Assembly: GCA_050175015.1 (NCBI GenBank)
Contig: JBFXJJ010000001.1
Coordinates: forward strand, 128,001 to 192,000
From: Alphaproteobacteria bacterium
GTDB taxonomy: Bacteria > Pseudomonadota > Alphaproteobacteria > JBFXJJ01
Reading direction: 5' to 3'
DNA: 64,000 bases
Each line of letters opens with the position of its first letter. The first letter of the stretch is position 1. This document shows positions 46,706-57,798 of this stretch, piece after piece. The translations under genes and the position numbers were made by a program. Below the pieces are notes generated by a model. That model saw nothing but the letters and a program-made list of their open reading frames with translations, searched no databases and was not told where the DNA came from.

Positions 46706-47497
46706 TTAGTGATACATTATAGCTACAATCTCTAGTATAATTAGAATAATTACGTACCACTCTAACTTAGCACTATGATTATGTTGATCCAAATTTAATA
46801 AGGTCTCAATCGTCTTTGATGCTAAATCAAGTTTATGATTAAGAACATTATTTCTATTCTTTATTTCATATTCTTCGCTAAGTCTACTATAAAGTCTTTC
46901 TAAATCGGGCATATCCCAAAGAACATCTGGTTTTTCATCAACTTCAATACGACCGCCAGTTTTAACCAGTGTTAATAAAATTTCACCAATAAGCTTGGTT
47001 AAGGTTTTTTCGTGAGCTCCGCACTTGCCTTCGTTTTTTAGATGTTCGGCAAGAGGTTCAAGTTTATCAAAAAGGCTGCTAATATAACCTTCATAATAGT
47101 CTAAGATAAGAGCATCACTTAAAACTTCCGCAATAACCTGCATTCTTTCGACGGTCATTTCTTTAATATTAATAATGCCAGTATTAGTTATGTGGTCATC
47201 TGTTGCAGAATCAACAATAATGTTATTAAATTCCTCAAAAACTGTTGGCAACTGCTGAGAAACAAGAGGAACCAAAGATTCTAAAAAGGCATCTTCTTCT
47301 TTCTCGCTTAGATTAAACATAACCACCGCTCCAAAACGAAATAAAACGGCATATCCTTCTATCCCTGCTCTAATTACAAGCGGGGCTAATGCCACAGGAG
47401 GCGGTGTTTTTTCCAACAATTTAGTGTTGATTCTTTCACCTACTAAGCAGGCTCTAACATTAATTTGTTCTTCTTCATTCGAATTAACAGTTTCCAT
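46706..47497 (-). CDS. RMD1/DUF155 family protein
   Basis: VLFRFGAVV, EKPDVLWD.PDLERLY, LEWYVIILI. Confidence 0.88.
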   Translation of the reverse strand: METVNSNEEEQINVRACLVGERINTKLLEKTPPPVALAPLVIRAGIEGYAVLFRFGAVVMFNLSEKEEDAFLESLVPLVSQQLPTVFEEFNNIIVDSATDDHITNTGIINIKEMTVERMQVIAEVLSDALILDYYEGYISSLFDKLEPLAEHLKNEGKCGAHEKTLTKLIGEILLTLVKTGGRIEVDEKPDVLWDMPDLERLYSRLSEEYEIKNRNNVLNHKLDLASKTIETLLNLDQHNHSAKLEWYVIILIILEIVAIMYH

Positions 47498-47517
47498 AGT
47501 TTCGCTTCTTTTAAAAA

Positions 47518-48303
47518 TTACATAAGATCAACAATAATCGCCAACATAATCAAAATGATAACATACCAATCAAGCATAGATATGTGGCGGTGCTGACTAA
47601 GGCTAACAAAGGAGTTTACAGCATCAGAGGCAATATCAAGTTTGCGCTGCAAGGCAAAATTTCTTTCTCTAACCTCATATTCATCAGAAATCTTGGCATA
47701 AAGTCTTTCAAGATCCGGAAAATCCCAAAGAACATCTGGTTTTTCTAAAAGCTCTGCCCTTCCTACGGTTTTAGTCATAGAAAGAATTATTTCTCCAGTC
47801 TGACGATTAAGATTTTTTAAATTGGTACCGCTTTTGCCCTTGCTTCTTAAATTCTCAGCTAAAGGTTCTACGTTTTCAAAAACCGCAGACACTTTATTTT
47901 CGTAATAATTTAAGATAACACTTTTAGCCAATACTTCTGCACACAACTGAAATCTTTCAATCGTTTTTTCTTTAAAACAAATTGTGCCTGAATGCTCAAC
48001 GTTATCTTCACCTTTATCTAAAAGGATAACATTAGTTTCTTCACTGTCATTATCACAAACTTTAGAGATATAAGGAGAAATTTTATCCGTAATTGCTGCA
48101 ATTTCTGCATCATCTGAGCCAAAAAATACCACTACCCCATAACGAAAAATAATTACTATGTTATCATTTTCAGTTTTAAACGTGAAAGGCGCTGTAGAAA
48201 CGGGGGTAAATAAAGGTCTAAGATTTTTAATATCTATCCTCTCGCCAAAAAGCTTTGCTTTAAGGCTAATTTCCGCAGACTTTATACTGCCATCGGAAGA
48301 CAT
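47518..48303 (-). CDS. RMD1/DUF155 family protein (tandem paralogue)
   Basis: IFRYGVVV, AKSVIL..YE, EKPDVLWD, LDWYVIILI. Confidence 0.88.
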   Translation of the reverse strand: MSSDGSIKSAEISLKAKLFGERIDIKNLRPLFTPVSTAPFTFKTENDNIVIIFRYGVVVFFGSDDAEIAAITDKISPYISKVCDNDSEETNVILLDKGEDNVEHSGTICFKEKTIERFQLCAEVLAKSVILNYYENKVSAVFENVEPLAENLRSKGKSGTNLKNLNRQTGEIILSMTKTVGRAELLEKPDVLWDFPDLERLYAKISDEYEVRERNFALQRKLDIASDAVNSFVSLSQHRHISMLDWYVIILIMLAIIVDLM

Positions 48304-48417
48304 GTTGAACTCCAGAATTTTCGTTCGATTTGTATTTTATGATATTTAGCATATTAAACAAAGAAAAACAATTAAATGTTCTTAAAATAAACTATGCTTC
48401 AAAATATTATAATAAAA

Positions 48418-49287
48418 TCAACCAATTATGCTGATAACTTGCTCGGCGACATTCTCAAAAATTTTAGCGGTTTCGGTTTTACCATAGTTATAAACGAATG
48501 CTTTGCCATCGTCACAAGCCTTACCAATATTAGGTTCAACAGGAATTTTAGCAAATAATGGTAAATTAAATTTAGCCGCCGTTTTTTCTCCACCGCCAGA
48601 TTTAAAAATTTCGGTAATTTCTCCACAGTGCGGGCAAACAAAACCACTCATATTTTCAACCACACCTAAAACCTTAAGTCCTAATTTTAAGCAGAAGTTA
48701 ATAGATTTCCGAACGTCTGCTCCCGCAACCTCTTGAGGAGTCGTGACAATAACTACACCATCAATATCTTTAATCTGCTCACAAATACCAAGAGCTTCAT
48801 CACCTGTTCCTGGAGGACAGTCAATTACCAAACAATCTAAATCTCCCCAAGAAACATCATTTACAAATTGCTTAATAACAGTATTTTTTATAGGGCCGCG
48901 CCAAATAATCGCGTCATCTTGGTCTTCAAGCAAAAAACCAACCGAAGCAACTTTTAATGAACCAACGCTAGCAGGAAGTATGCTAACACCATCAGATTCA
49001 AAACGAGCTTTTTCTAGACCAAGCATTGTTGGAACACTTGGACCGTGAATATCAACATCTAAGATTCCTACTTTTTGACCTTTAAGCATTAAAGATGTAG
49101 CTAAGTTAACCGCAACGGTACTTTTGCCGACACCACCTTTGCCAGAAAGAACAACAATCTTATGTTTAATATTATTGTTAGCTAAAGGAGCTCTGCTAGC
49201 ACAGTTTGCTGAACAGCTTTTGCAGTCGTGGCTACAGCTGTCTTGTTCCATATTTGCTTCAAAATCTGATGTCATTTTTATTTCCAA
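48418..49287 (-). CDS. apbC: Mrp/ApbC/NBP35 Fe-S carrier ATPase
   Basis: SGKGGVGKST, DVDIHGPS, WRGP, DCPPGTGD, ENMS..CPHC; Cys-rich N-terminus. Confidence 0.92.
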   Translation of the reverse strand: MEIKMTSDFEANMEQDSCSHDCKSCSANCASRAPLANNNIKHKIVVLSGKGGVGKSTVAVNLATSLMLKGQKVGILDVDIHGPSVPTMLGLEKARFESDGVSILPASVGSLKVASVGFLLEDQDDAIIWRGPIKNTVIKQFVNDVSWGDLDCLVIDCPPGTGDEALGICEQIKDIDGVVIVTTPQEVAGADVRKSINFCLKLGLKVLGVVENMSGFVCPHCGEITEIFKSGGGEKTAAKFNLPLFAKIPVEPNIGKACDDGKAFVYNYGKTETAKIFENVAEQVISIIG

Positions 49288-49367
49288 TCCTAACGTTATA
49301 ATTAATTATTTGCCTCAAGATACTCTTTTGATTTCTAAAATTAAAGTATCTTTTTGCTTTTTCTTCT

Positions 49368-49997
49368 CTACTCTTTTGCTTCAAAATCACAAAGGTCTTT
49401 TATAATACAGCTTTTACATTCGGGCTTTTTAGCTTTGCAGACATATCTTCCGTGTAATATAAGCCAATGATGAGCATTAAATTTATATTCTTTAGGAATA
49501 TTTTTTTCTAAACCAAGCTCAATATCCAAAGGAGTTTTACCACTAGCCAAGCCTATACGGTTTGAGACTCTAAAAACGTGAGTATCTACAGCAATCGTTG
49601 GTTTTTTGAATGCGGTATTAAGAACGACATTAGCGGTTTTGCGTCCAACCCCAGCTAATTTTTCAAGCTCTTCTCTAGTCTCTGGAACTCTTCCTTGATG
49701 CTCGGTTATCAATGTCTGGCTTAAAGCTATAATGCTTTTTGCTTTGTTATTGTATAAGCCTATAGTTTTTATGTGCTCTAGAAGTTTTTCTAAACCCAAA
49801 TCAAGCATTTTTTGAGGAGTATCGGCAATTTCAAATAACTGCGGCGTAACTTTATTAACACCTTTATCGGTAGTTTGAGCTGATAAAACCACAGCTACTA
49901 ACATTGTATAAGCATTAGTATAAAAGAGTTCTGTTTTAGGCTCTGGGTTTTGTTTTTTTAAGCGCTCAAAAATCTCTTTTATTTTAGTTTCATTCAT
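49368..49997 (-). CDS. nth: Endonuclease III
   Basis: LSAQTTD, GVGRKTAN, VDTHV, C-terminal 4Fe-4S cysteines. Confidence 0.97.
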   Translation of the reverse strand: MNETKIKEIFERLKKQNPEPKTELFYTNAYTMLVAVVLSAQTTDKGVNKVTPQLFEIADTPQKMLDLGLEKLLEHIKTIGLYNNKAKSIIALSQTLITEHQGRVPETREELEKLAGVGRKTANVVLNTAFKKPTIAVDTHVFRVSNRIGLASGKTPLDIELGLEKNIPKEYKFNAHHWLILHGRYVCKAKKPECKSCIIKDLCDFEAKE

Positions 49998-50794
49998 ATT
50001 TCTCTAATTCCTAAAACATCTGACATATCATATAAGCCATTACTTTGACCTTTAAGCCATTTTGCAGCTCTGATTGCACCTTTAGCGAAAATAACCCTCG
50101 AAGTTGCCTTATGTGATAATATTACTCGTTCGCCAAGTCCTGCAAAAATAACATCGTGTTCGCCAACAACATCACCGCCACGCATAGAGGCAAAGCCAAT
50201 GCTGCCTTTTTTTCTTACACCGTTACGGTCATAATTTGTTGTAACGTCAGTTAGCACACTTCCCAGCCCTGAAGCCGCAGCTTCTCCTAAACTCAATGCT
50301 GTACCAGATGGAGCATCTTTTTTCTGGTTGTGATGCATTTCTAAAATCTCAATATCAAAATCATCTCCTAAAAGATGAGCTGTTTTCTTAACTAACGCTT
50401 GCAATAAATTAATACCAAGACTCATATTGGCCGCCTTTAAGATTGGCGTCTTATCACTATATTCCTTAATTTCAGCTATTTGCTCTTCATTTAAACCCGT
50501 TGTTCCTATTACCAATGCCGTCTTTGTTTCGGAGGCGATACGAGCATACTCAACACTAGCTGAAGCCTCGGTAAAATCTATAACAACATCTGATATTTCA
50601 AAGAGTTCTAGTGGGCTTTTAGCTATTTTTATTTCTTTATTTTTACCAATAATAAAGTCTAAAATTCCGCTTCCGATATAACCAGAGTTATCTTTCTCTA
50701 GACCTCCCGTAACTTCTATATCTTTATCTGCAACTAAGAGTTTTAAAAGTTCTAGGCCCATTTTGCCACGACAACCTGTTATGCCTATTTTCAT
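49994..50794 (-). CDS. dapB: 4-hydroxy-tetrahydrodipicolinate reductase
   Basis: GCRGKMG, IGTTG, EMHHNQKKDAPSGTA. Confidence 0.97.
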   Translation of the reverse strand: MKIGITGCRGKMGLELLKLLVADKDIEVTGGLEKDNSGYIGSGILDFIIGKNKEIKIAKSPLELFEISDVVIDFTEASASVEYARIASETKTALVIGTTGLNEEQIAEIKEYSDKTPILKAANMSLGINLLQALVKKTAHLLGDDFDIEILEMHHNQKKDAPSGTALSLGEAAASGLGSVLTDVTTNYDRNGVRKKGSIGFASMRGGDVVGEHDVIFAGLGERVILSHKATSRVIFAKGAIRAAKWLKGQSNGLYDMSDVLGIREI

Positions 50795-50867
50795 ATCTAT
50801 TCCTGCTAAATTGATGTTTAGATTATAACTTAAATTATAACCTAATGTGGGGTTGAACTATAAACCT

Positions 50868-52037
50868 TTATTTATCAGCTTTTTCTTTAACGTTTTCCCA
50901 AAATTCTTTTATTTTATTGAGAAAATTACTACTTTCAGGGCTGTATTCTTTGCTCTCTTTTTCAAATTCGACTAAAAGTTCTTCTTGCTTTTTGGTAAGA
51001 TTGGTTGGGGTTTCAACCCTTACCTTAACAAACATATCCCCTCTATGGCTGGAGTTCATAATATTCATTCCCTTACCTTTAAGACGGAAAACGTGGTCTG
51101 TCTGTGTCCCCTTAGGAATAGTTATTCGCGCTCTGCTACCATCAATCGAAGGAACTTCTATATAACCGCCTAAACTTGCGGTTACTACAGAAATAGGGGC
51201 TATGATATATAGATTAGCCCCATCTTTTTTAAAAATTTTATGAGGCTCAATCGTAATAAAAATATACAAATCACCCATAGCCCCGCCGCGAGTTCCAGCT
51301 TCACCCTCGCCCATCAGCCTGATTCTAGTACCTTCTTCAACTCCCTCAGGAATTTTAACTTCTAAAACTTTTTCTTTTTTTACACGGCCAGAACCATTGC
51401 ATACTTTACACTTGTTTTTAACCGCTTTGCCAAGTCCGCCACAATTTGGACATGCTCTTTCAACAGTAAAAAATCCTTGTTGAATTCTAACTCTGCCAAT
51501 TCCGCCACAAGTCTCACAAGTTGGAGGTTCTTTACCATCCGCCGTTCCATAACCATTGCAAGCTTCGCATTTAACATTGGTTGGAACATGGATTTTTTTA
51601 ACCATACCATTGAAAGCTTCTTCCAATGTTATAGTCATATTATAACGTAAATCAGCTCCTTTTCTAGCACCATCAGACCTTCTTTGAGAACCGCCGCCAC
51701 CCATAAACTCACCAAACATTTCCTCAAAAATATCGGTGAAGCTTCCACCAAACCCAAAATCAAATCCCGAAGAACCAAAACCGCCGCCAGTTCTGCCGCC
51801 CCCCATACCGCCTTCAAAAGCTGCGTGACCAAAGCGGTCATAAGCAGAACGCTTTTGCTCATCTTTCAAAATTTCGTATGCTTCATTGAGTTCTTTAAAC
51901 TTTTTCTCTGACTCTTTATCACCTTGATTACGATCAGGGTGGTACTGCATTGCAAGTTTACGATATGCTTTTTTCAACTCGTCAGCTGAAGCTTGTTTGG
52001 ATACACCGAGTACTTCGTAATAATCTTTCTTGCTCAT
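50868..52037 (-). CDS. dnaJ: Chaperone DnaJ
   Basis: J domain HPD, G/F region, four CxxCxGxG repeats. Confidence 0.98.
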   Translation of the reverse strand: MSKKDYYEVLGVSKQASADELKKAYRKLAMQYHPDRNQGDKESEKKFKELNEAYEILKDEQKRSAYDRFGHAAFEGGMGGGRTGGGFGSSGFDFGFGGSFTDIFEEMFGEFMGGGGSQRRSDGARKGADLRYNMTITLEEAFNGMVKKIHVPTNVKCEACNGYGTADGKEPPTCETCGGIGRVRIQQGFFTVERACPNCGGLGKAVKNKCKVCNGSGRVKKEKVLEVKIPEGVEEGTRIRLMGEGEAGTRGGAMGDLYIFITIEPHKIFKKDGANLYIIAPISVVTASLGGYIEVPSIDGSRARITIPKGTQTDHVFRLKGKGMNIMNSSHRGDMFVKVRVETPTNLTKKQEELLVEFEKESKEYSPESSNFLNKIKEFWENVKEKADK

Positions 52038-52090
52038 AAGTAAACTTGCTCAAAGTAAAATAAAAAGGGTTAAAATATTAAATTAATTGG

Positions 52091-52123
52091 CAGGCTGCGT
52101 CGTTTAAAAACGAACACAGCCTG
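52091..52123 (-). promoter_or_regulatory. Stem-loop between dnaK and dnaJ (stability or attenuation hairpin)
   Basis: CAGGCTG..TCGTTT/AAACGA..CAGCCTG inverted repeat, no U-tract. Confidence 0.5.
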
Positions 52124-52148
52124 TTATAAGTAAAGTTATAATGGTTGT

Positions 52149-54098
52149 TTATTTGTCGTCGCTATCGACTTCTTCAAAGTCAGCATCAACAACTTTTTCA
52201 TCGCCCTCAGAAGAGGTTTCTGTTTCAGATGAACCTGAGGCATCGGCACCATCAGGAGAAGAAGATGCTTTAGCTGCGGCTTCTTCCTCTTTTTGTTTAG
52301 CCTTATAAACCGCCTCGCCTAATTTAATTGAAGCCTGCATTAATTTTTCAGCGGCATCATTAATTTTTTCTGGTTCACCAGAATCCAAAACTGCTTTTGC
52401 TTCGCTAATCGCGCTTTCAATACTTTGTTTATCACTGCTTGATAAGGAATCACCATATTCTTTAAGGTTTTTCTCTGTATTATAAATAGCACTTTCGGCT
52501 TTATTTTTAGCTTCAACGGCTTCACGGCGTTTTTTATCTTCGGAAGCATTAGCTTCGGCTTCCTTAACCATTTTCTTAATATCTTCATCTGATAAACCAC
52601 CAGAGCTTTGAATTCTAATTGTCTGCTCTTTACCTGTAGCTTTATCTTTTGCCGAAACATTGACAATACCGTTAGCGTCAATATCAAATGTTACTTCAAT
52701 TTGCGGCATACCTCTTGGTGCTGGAGGAATTCCAACTAAATCAAATTGACCAAGCAGTTTGTTATCGGCAGCCATTTCACGTTCACCTTGGAAAACCCTA
52801 ATGGTAACAGCGGTCTGACCATCTTCTGCGGTTGAGAAAACTTGAGATTTTCTGGTAGGAATCGTGGTGTTTCTATCAATTAATCTGGTGAAAACACCGC
52901 CTAAAGTCTCGATACCAAGTGATAATGGGGTAACATCAAGTAATAAAACATCTTTAACTTCGCCCTTTAAAACACCCGCTTGAATTGCGGCACCAAGAGC
53001 CACAACTTCATCTGGGTTAACGCCTTTATGAGGCTCTTTTCCAAAAAACTCTTTAACTGTTTCTTGGATTTTAGGCATACGGGTCATACCACCAACAAGA
53101 ATAACTTCATCAATCTCACTAGCTTTTAAGCCCGCATCTTTAAGAGCATTCTCGCAAGGTTTAATGGTTTTTTTGATTAAATCTTCAACCAAGGATTCTA
53201 ATTTAGCTCGGCTTAATTTAATATTTAAATGCTTAGGGCCTGTTTGATCTGCAGTAATAAACGGCAGATTTACATCGGTCTGCATTGAACTTGAAAGTTC
53301 AATTTTAGCTTTTTCTGCGGCTTCTTTTAGACGTTGTAAAGCAAGACGGTCATTACGCAAATCGATCCCGCTTTCTTTTTTGAATTCGTCAGCCAGATAA
53401 TCCATTACTCTAATATCAAAATCTTCACCGCCTAAGAATGTGTCACCGTTAGTAGATTTTACTTCAAAAACGCCATCGCCAATTTCCAAAACAGACACAT
53501 CAAAAGTACCACCACCAAGGTCGAACACTGCAATAGTACCTGAGCTTTTTTTATCAAGGCCATAAGCTAAAGCTGCTGCTGTAGGTTCGTTAATAATACG
53601 AAGAACTTCTAAACCTGCAATTTTACCAGCATCTTTAGTTGCCTGTCTTTGAGAATCATTAAAGTAAGCAGGAACCGTGATAACAGCCTGAGTTACCGTA
53701 TCACCCAAATATGCTTCAGCATATTCTTTAATTTTTTGCAAAACATACGCTGAAATCTGACTTGGAGCATATTTTTTGTCTCTTACTTCTACCCAAGCAT
53801 CGCCATTATCGCCATTGATAATTTTATAAGAAACAAGACCTTTATCTTTTTCAACAGTCTTATCACTATAACGACGTCCAATTAAACGTTTAATCGCATA
53901 AAGCGTATTTTCAGGATTGGTTACAGCTTGACGTTTTGCAGCTTGTCCTACAAGAATTTCTTCACCTTCAGTAAAGGCTACCATTGACGGTGTAGTCCTC
54001 ATACCTTCAGTATTTTCAATAACTCTTGGTTCCTTACCGTCCATAATTGCAAAGCAAGAATTGGTAGTTCCAAGATCTATACCTATAACTTTACTCAT
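52149..54098 (-). CDS. dnaK: Chaperone DnaK
   Basis: [24 protein letters not shown]. Confidence 0.99.
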   Translation of the reverse strand: MSKVIGIDLGTTNSCFAIMDGKEPRVIENTEGMRTTPSMVAFTEGEEILVGQAAKRQAVTNPENTLYAIKRLIGRRYSDKTVEKDKGLVSYKIINGDNGDAWVEVRDKKYAPSQISAYVLQKIKEYAEAYLGDTVTQAVITVPAYFNDSQRQATKDAGKIAGLEVLRIINEPTAAALAYGLDKKSSGTIAVFDLGGGTFDVSVLEIGDGVFEVKSTNGDTFLGGEDFDIRVMDYLADEFKKESGIDLRNDRLALQRLKEAAEKAKIELSSSMQTDVNLPFITADQTGPKHLNIKLSRAKLESLVEDLIKKTIKPCENALKDAGLKASEIDEVILVGGMTRMPKIQETVKEFFGKEPHKGVNPDEVVALGAAIQAGVLKGEVKDVLLLDVTPLSLGIETLGGVFTRLIDRNTTIPTRKSQVFSTAEDGQTAVTIRVFQGEREMAADNKLLGQFDLVGIPPAPRGMPQIEVTFDIDANGIVNVSAKDKATGKEQTIRIQSSGGLSDEDIKKMVKEAEANASEDKKRREAVEAKNKAESAIYNTEKNLKEYGDSLSSSDKQSIESAISEAKAVLDSGEPEKINDAAEKLMQASIKLGEAVYKAKQKEEEAAAKASSSPDGADASGSSETETSSEGDEKVVDADFEEVDSDDK

Positions 54099-54147
54099 TT
54101 TTTTACCTCTAGTTTTGTTTTTTATTCTGTAAATATTCTGTGAAGCT

Positions 54148-54176
54148 ATATAGGTTACGAAAATCTTCCTTGCAAC
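54148..54176 (-). promoter_or_regulatory. RpoH-type promoter of dnaK
   Basis: Minus strand GTTGCAA...CCTATAT resembles the alphaproteobacterial sigma32 consensus CTTG-N17/18-CCTATAT. Confidence 0.6.
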
Positions 54177-54282
54177 TATTTACCTGTAAAAAAATAAAAA
54201 ATATTTACATTTTCTTGAAATTAACATTATTTCGCTCTAATTTTTATTAGGATTATATGTTTTTATTAAAGGTTAAAAAACT

Positions 54283-54546
54283 ATGATAAAATATACAGTT
54301 TGCTGCTCTAATGGTCATAAATTTGATGAATGGTTTGATAGCATTAATGCCTATGAAGAAATGGAAAAAAACGGTTCTATAAAATGCCCGATATGCGGTG
54401 ATAATAAAATTACCCGTGCGGTAATGGCGCCTCAAGTGGCTTCAAAGACCATTTCTAATGCTAAAGCGACCTGTTCTGCGGAGAAAAAATTTGGCTCATC
54501 TTGCGGCTCTGCTTGCAACAGCGGCAGTTGTCCTTTTGCTGGTTAG
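54283..54546 (+). CDS. DUF1178 / zinc-ribbon family protein (short)
   Basis: MIKY...C.NGHKFDEWF, CPICG, RAVMAP. Confidence 0.8.
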   Translation: MIKYTVCCSNGHKFDEWFDSINAYEEMEKNGSIKCPICGDNKITRAVMAPQVASKTISNAKATCSAEKKFGSSCGSACNSGSCPFAG

Positions 54547-54702
54547 AGCCGATTTTCGGCTTCGGGCATTTTGGCTTTTAACCACGCCTTAAACAGGTAA
54601 GTTTTGACTTTTAAAAGTAACTTTGTATCGTCACAAAAAGTAAAAGCAGACAACCAAACGCTACAGACTCTAGATATGTGAAGTAGTTCCAGTTAATAAA
54701 TT

Positions 54703-56205
54703 CTAGTTTTTGTTGGATTTAATAATGATTTCATATCCTGAATCAGCCTCAGCATAACCGTTAGCAAAAGCAAAATCCGTAGAACGTGAAGCGTGTATGC
54801 GGTAAAGCGGTTCACCCCTCTCTACAAAATCGCCTGTTTTCTTAAGCAAATCGATTCCTGCGCCCTTATCACGAGGAGCCCCCGACAGTGCTGCGATACG
54901 TGATATTCTTTTGTTACTAATACTTTCAACCACTCCTGAATTTTCAGCGCAGACGTCTCTGGTTAAATGACCAAGCATTGGAGGCGAGGTTCTGCCTTGA
55001 GCGTGGATAATACGATTCATAGTTTCAAGCGCCCTGCCAGAATCAAGCATTTCTCTTGCCGTATAATAGCCTTCACCGCCTCTAAGATTAGAATCAAACT
55101 CTAAGATACGACCAGCAATAAACAAGGCTTTTTCTCTTAAATCATTAGGAGCGTCTTTTTTACAGCGCAAGACTTTCATAATATCGCGAGCTTCCAAAAC
55201 AGGTCCAATACCGTTGCCGATTGGTTCGCTGCCGTCTGTTATGACGACATCAACCTGCATTGAAAACAGATCGCAAACATATTCAAAAAGTTTTTTAATT
55301 TTCATTGCCTCTGGCATTGTCTTAATTTTAGCACCTTCTCCAACAGGAATATCAATAACCAGATGCGTAATTCCTGCTGCAACTTTACTAGAAATAATAG
55401 AGGCAACAATATGCTGTTCAATAGACATACCTATATTTTTCTCAACCAAAAGCATTGTATCGCCAGATGGAGCTATTCTTAAACTTTCGTTCCAAACTAT
55501 ACAACCCCGATGCTCTTCAATGATGCGGTAAAGATTTTTTTCATCAAAATCAATATTAGCTAAAACCTCCATAGCATCAATCACACCAGAACTTGAAGTA
55601 ATAGCTCTGGTTGCAACACTTGGAATAGCAAGGCCACACGCCGCAATAATAGGTACCACAATTAAAGTGATACGGTTTCCTGGAACACCGCCGATACAAT
55701 GGTGATCCACTATCATTTCTTCTTTTTCCCAAGTTAGAATATCTTCTTCACCAGCCATAGCATCTGTTAGAGAATATACTTCTTGTGCTGTCATAAAACT
55801 GCCGTTTGCCACCATAAACGCTGCTATTTCAGCCTGAGTATACCTGCCTGAAACAATGTCATTAACTATAGCTTTATATTCCGAACCCGATAAAACCGCA
55901 CCATTTACCTTTCTTTTGATAGAATCAACACTAGGTGCTGACGGAGCAGGAGAAATCGAAACCTCCGCACCTTCTGGAAGATTAATTCTCTTAAAGGTAT
56001 TAATCGATAAGCCAACCTCATTAGGTTTAACAATGGCATCATCATGAACTATTTCTAGCGAGGCATATAAGGGAAAAATTCCACCGTGGATTTCAACTCT
56101 GGTAGAAACATCAAATTCATATATTTTCCAAGAAGAACAGTTTTTATTAAGATAAACTACGTTTTCACTAAAGGTATCAATCGGAACTCTTCTTAATTGC
56201 AGCAT
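54703..56205 (-). CDS. AMP phosphorylase-like / thymidine phosphorylase family protein
   Basis: HCIGGVPGNR, RAITS, DIPVG..AK, TDGSEPIGNGIGPVLEARD, GAPRDKGAG; several active-site lysines appear substituted. Confidence 0.85.
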   Translation of the reverse strand: MLQLRRVPIDTFSENVVYLNKNCSSWKIYEFDVSTRVEIHGGIFPLYASLEIVHDDAIVKPNEVGLSINTFKRINLPEGAEVSISPAPSAPSVDSIKRKVNGAVLSGSEYKAIVNDIVSGRYTQAEIAAFMVANGSFMTAQEVYSLTDAMAGEEDILTWEKEEMIVDHHCIGGVPGNRITLIVVPIIAACGLAIPSVATRAITSSSGVIDAMEVLANIDFDEKNLYRIIEEHRGCIVWNESLRIAPSGDTMLLVEKNIGMSIEQHIVASIISSKVAAGITHLVIDIPVGEGAKIKTMPEAMKIKKLFEYVCDLFSMQVDVVITDGSEPIGNGIGPVLEARDIMKVLRCKKDAPNDLREKALFIAGRILEFDSNLRGGEGYYTAREMLDSGRALETMNRIIHAQGRTSPPMLGHLTRDVCAENSGVVESISNKRISRIAALSGAPRDKGAGIDLLKKTGDFVERGEPLYRIHASRSTDFAFANGYAEADSGYEIIIKSNKN

Positions 56206-56217
56206 TTATTTAAACCC

Positions 56218-57030
56218 TTATGCACCTTTACTGGCAATAAAATAACCGCCTAAAACCGGCCTGCCATATTCATATCTTATTGTTTCTTCTTTATATATAA
56301 CAGGAACCAAATTAAATTCTTTCAATTTTGCCGTTACATAGTCACTATTATAAGCATATCTTGCACTTTTTCTTAAACAAAAATCTTGGCGCCTATTCTT
56401 TTTTTCCAATAACTCAAAATCAAAACAAAAGAATCCCTTTTTAACCAGCACTCGAGATGCCTCTTTAAAAAGTTCTGTTAAATCACCGAGATAAACCAAA
56501 GCATCGGTAATGGTAATTAAGTCAGCACTTGTCTTTTTTAAGTTGGCAACAAACGTAAGCAGGTTTTCTTCAAGAAGCTCGTCATAAATTTTTTTCTCTT
56601 TTGCTTTTTTAAGCATATTTTCGGAAATATCGGCTCCTATAAGTTTTTTAATATTAAAATTTTCTTTAAGACTTTGCCCCATAAGCCCCGTTCCGCAGCC
56701 TAAATCAACCGCCAACTTAAATTTAGTTTTTTTTGTCGCCTCTTTAAGCATTTGAGAAATAACTAAAGGGGACTGATAACCTAGTCTATCAAGCAGGCTT
56801 GTTTCAAAATTATCAGCATAATCATCAAACAATTCTTTAACATAGGCACCTGAGCCATTTTTGGGAGTAAAACGAAAAAATGCCATAAACAAAATTTTTC
56901 TTATCTGCCAAGAATCTTTATTAGAATCAGATTTCTGCACATAATCTTGTTTAATATCAGTTAGTTCCTGATTAAATTCTGTTTTTATTTTCAACAACTC
57001 TTTTTTAAAAGAATCGCTCCAAAAAGACAT
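56218..57030 (-). CDS. SAM-dependent methyltransferase (COG4976-like, no TPR)
   Basis: YVKELFDDYA..F, DLGCGTGL, DALVYLGDL, RYAY. Confidence 0.85.
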   Translation of the reverse strand: MSFWSDSFKKELLKIKTEFNQELTDIKQDYVQKSDSNKDSWQIRKILFMAFFRFTPKNGSGAYVKELFDDYADNFETSLLDRLGYQSPLVISQMLKEATKKTKFKLAVDLGCGTGLMGQSLKENFNIKKLIGADISENMLKKAKEKKIYDELLEENLLTFVANLKKTSADLITITDALVYLGDLTELFKEASRVLVKKGFFCFDFELLEKKNRRQDFCLRKSARYAYNSDYVTAKLKEFNLVPVIYKEETIRYEYGRPVLGGYFIASKGA

Positions 57031-57042
57031 TTACCACTACTT

Positions 57043-57690
57043 TCAAGCAGAAGTATCAACCTTAGCACCCACAGCATTAGCATCATCTGGGCGAATCCCG
57101 CCTTTTGAAACTATAACCATAGCTTCTCTTAAAATTCTGCCGTTAATAGTATAGCCGGCTTGCAATTCTTTAACAACTGTTCCTGTCGGACGAGTAGGAT
57201 CATCTATTTCTTGAACAGCTTGTTCAAAGTTGGGGTCAAATAATTTGTCTTCGGTTTGCAGACGCTTAATGCCATTGCGTTCAAAAATAGCCGCAAGTTC
57301 CTTAGAGGTCATTTCAACGCCCATAAAAATATTTTTTAGACTTTCGTCTTTTTCCTTAGCTTCCTCAGGAACAGCAGCTAAAGCTCTTTCTAAATTATCG
57401 GCAACAGCTAGCAAATCTTTAGCAAATCCAGATATGGCAAATTTAGCGTTGTTTTCAATATCAAGCTTGGTTCTTTTGCGTAAATTATCCATTTCAGCCA
57501 AGGCTCTGATATAATTTTCATTTATTTTATCATAATCCTTTTTCAGATTTTCTAATAATGTAGAAACTTCGGTTTCTTTTTTAGATTTTTCTTTATTTTC
57601 ATCGGTTTTTTCTTCATTATTCTCGACTTCTTGAACATCGCTGTCTGCTTGATTCTGGTCTAAATTTTCCACATTTTCATTATCTGTCAT
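57043..57690 (-). CDS. grpE: Nucleotide exchange factor GrpE
   Basis: RALAEMDNLRKR, DNLERAL, FDPN, GYTINGRILREAMV. Confidence 0.97.
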   Translation of the reverse strand: MTDNENVENLDQNQADSDVQEVENNEEKTDENKEKSKKETEVSTLLENLKKDYDKINENYIRALAEMDNLRKRTKLDIENNAKFAISGFAKDLLAVADNLERALAAVPEEAKEKDESLKNIFMGVEMTSKELAAIFERNGIKRLQTEDKLFDPNFEQAVQEIDDPTRPTGTVVKELQAGYTINGRILREAMVIVSKGGIRPDDANAVGAKVDTSA

Positions 57691-57728
57691 TTTTAACCTA
57701 TCCTAATTATCTGATTTAGTTTAAACAA

Positions 57729-57756
57729 AGATAGTTATTCAAAATTAAATCGTCAA
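57729..57756 (-). promoter_or_regulatory. Possible RpoH-type promoter of grpE
   Basis: Minus strand TTGACG-N16-CTATCT. Confidence 0.45.
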
Positions 57757-57798
57757 TGGTATTGGCATAATTTCATTTTTTAAAAGAGAGTAATCAAA

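Noticed and set aside
36159-57514. Many 60-180 aa antisense ORFs inside housekeeping genes (for example 36836-37267, 39078-39608, 55214-55531)
   Set aside because: Shadow frames of well-supported opposite-strand genes, with no motifs or RBS.
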